NCBI GenBank assembly: GCA_026025075.1
Contig: JAPEUI010000063.1
Location: 1 to 64,000 of the forward strand
Reading direction: 5' to 3'
DNA from: Vezdaea acicularis
Taxonomy: Eukaryota
Length of the DNA stretch: 64,000 nt
A program made the translations under genes and the position numbers. How positions within the stretch are numbered: the stretch's first letter is position 1; each line of letters opens with the position of its first letter. The notes under the pieces were generated by a model. The model was not told where the DNA came from, did no database searches, and was given only the letters and a program-made list of their open reading frames with translations. Shown piece by piece: positions 62,879 through 64,000 of the stretch.

Positions 62879-63636
62879 TCACAGGCCATGTGGTGGTCCG
62901 CCCGAGCCATCTATACCAGACCCGACGCTTTTGCCCACACCCACGATTGGCTTATGGTCAGACGGATTAGCAGCAGCTTCGTATAAGACGCTGATAGGCT
63001 CCTTGTTCAGTTTTGTATGGTCTCCTTTGAAGCCTATATAAAAAATGCTCGTTTCGTCCTCCACTCCAGCACTCCAATTATCTTCAAAGAACAGTGTGAG
63101 CGATCGAGTCATATTGAACAAGGCTCGCTTTACTGGAATCTCTTGTATCGAAGAAGTCTGGGCAAGTTGGAGCGTTTGCGTTGGTGAAACATCGCTTGCA
63201 GCTGCAAAGTCAAGATCGTCGCGATTGATATAAATACGTAGGGTTTGCGGGGCAGAGGATGAATTCGAGGTACGAAATAGGATAGAATGTAGCTTGACTT
63301 GGCCTGCAAAACTATTGATAAAACCTTGGTCAAGAATTTCCTTTAATACAGGAGTGGATAGACGTACGGGATATACATGAGGAGCTGCTCATCAGCGTCG
63401 CTTTTGAGCTCTGGGTCTGCATTCATTCGTTCTTGCCACGATTTCTTGACAATAGCCTGGCCCGAATCAGGGATGCTTTCATTCAAAGTTGTGATATTGT
63501 CAAAATCTATTTCCTCGTAGATATACGATTGTAATGCTGGCGTAACATCATCAGTGTGATCATGCTCGCCCCCGTGACCGTTGGGGCCATGGTCGTGGTC
63601 GTGGCTGGCGTGCTCGTCATGGCAATTGTGCGACAT
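62879..63636 (-). CDS. PITHD1: PITH domain protein
   Basis: His-rich N-terminus, IDFDNITTLNE, SDADEQLLMYIP|F.GQVKLHSI, FNMTRSLTLFFEDNW, YIGFKG, YEAAANPSDHK. Confidence 0.92.
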
Positions 63637-64000
63637 CGCTGTATCTAGGATATGGGCGCAGGGTTAAAAATCGGACTAACGTGAGCAGTATGTCAGGTGT
63701 TGTTGTTTTTGAATGTTCAATTTGCGACGGGTTATTGATTTGATTTGTTGGTTGATGATATTAGCTGCTAGGAAAGCACTTCCGTCAGTCACTGAGTGAA
63801 TTTAATTGAGCTCTTAAAATTAGCCGACTAAAAGGATCCTTTCAATGTTTCAATCTGGCCTCATTGAATTAACAGATTTTAGAAAGACGTAAGTCAGCGA
63901 AGATTAACGATCATATCTTTAACATTTGTTACAAGGCGCGTTCACACCATGAAGCGCCGAATCAACTCGCCACGTGCCGCTCAAGGCCTACATTTAGAAC

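Overview
Gene-dense, intron-containing genomic DNA from a filamentous ascomycete (Pezizomycotina-type GT..CTRAC..YAG introns). About 30 protein-coding genes, mostly housekeeping: PP2C phosphatase, AXL2, IMA1, AVT2, GPI-anchored aspartic protease, LTO1, MES1, FMN-dependent hydroxy-acid oxidase, stand-alone SRA/YDG protein, Sel1-repeat chitin-synthase activator, LigB dioxygenase, NDUFA2, MPC2, GIT1, PalA/Rim20, POF1, MZT1, CUE5, CHY-RING ligase, DUF1763, DUF2293, mitochondrial carrier, RIX7, VPS20, a Cys-rich secreted glycoprotein and a PITH protein. Accessory features: (1) an intact, very compact IS630-Tc1-mariner element (17345-18531, perfect 35-bp TIRs, DD39E) that lacks the canonical TA target duplication; (2) two inverted ~82-bp mimp/impala-like MITEs (55876-56447) enclosing a spliced micro-ORF that resembles the histone H3 N-terminal tail (MSRTK...LATKAA); (3) a CpG-free relic just upstream of the SRA gene; (4) recurring C-rich-then-G-rich skew blocks. 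Exon boundaries were read by eye and family calls come from motif recognition; no database searches were run.
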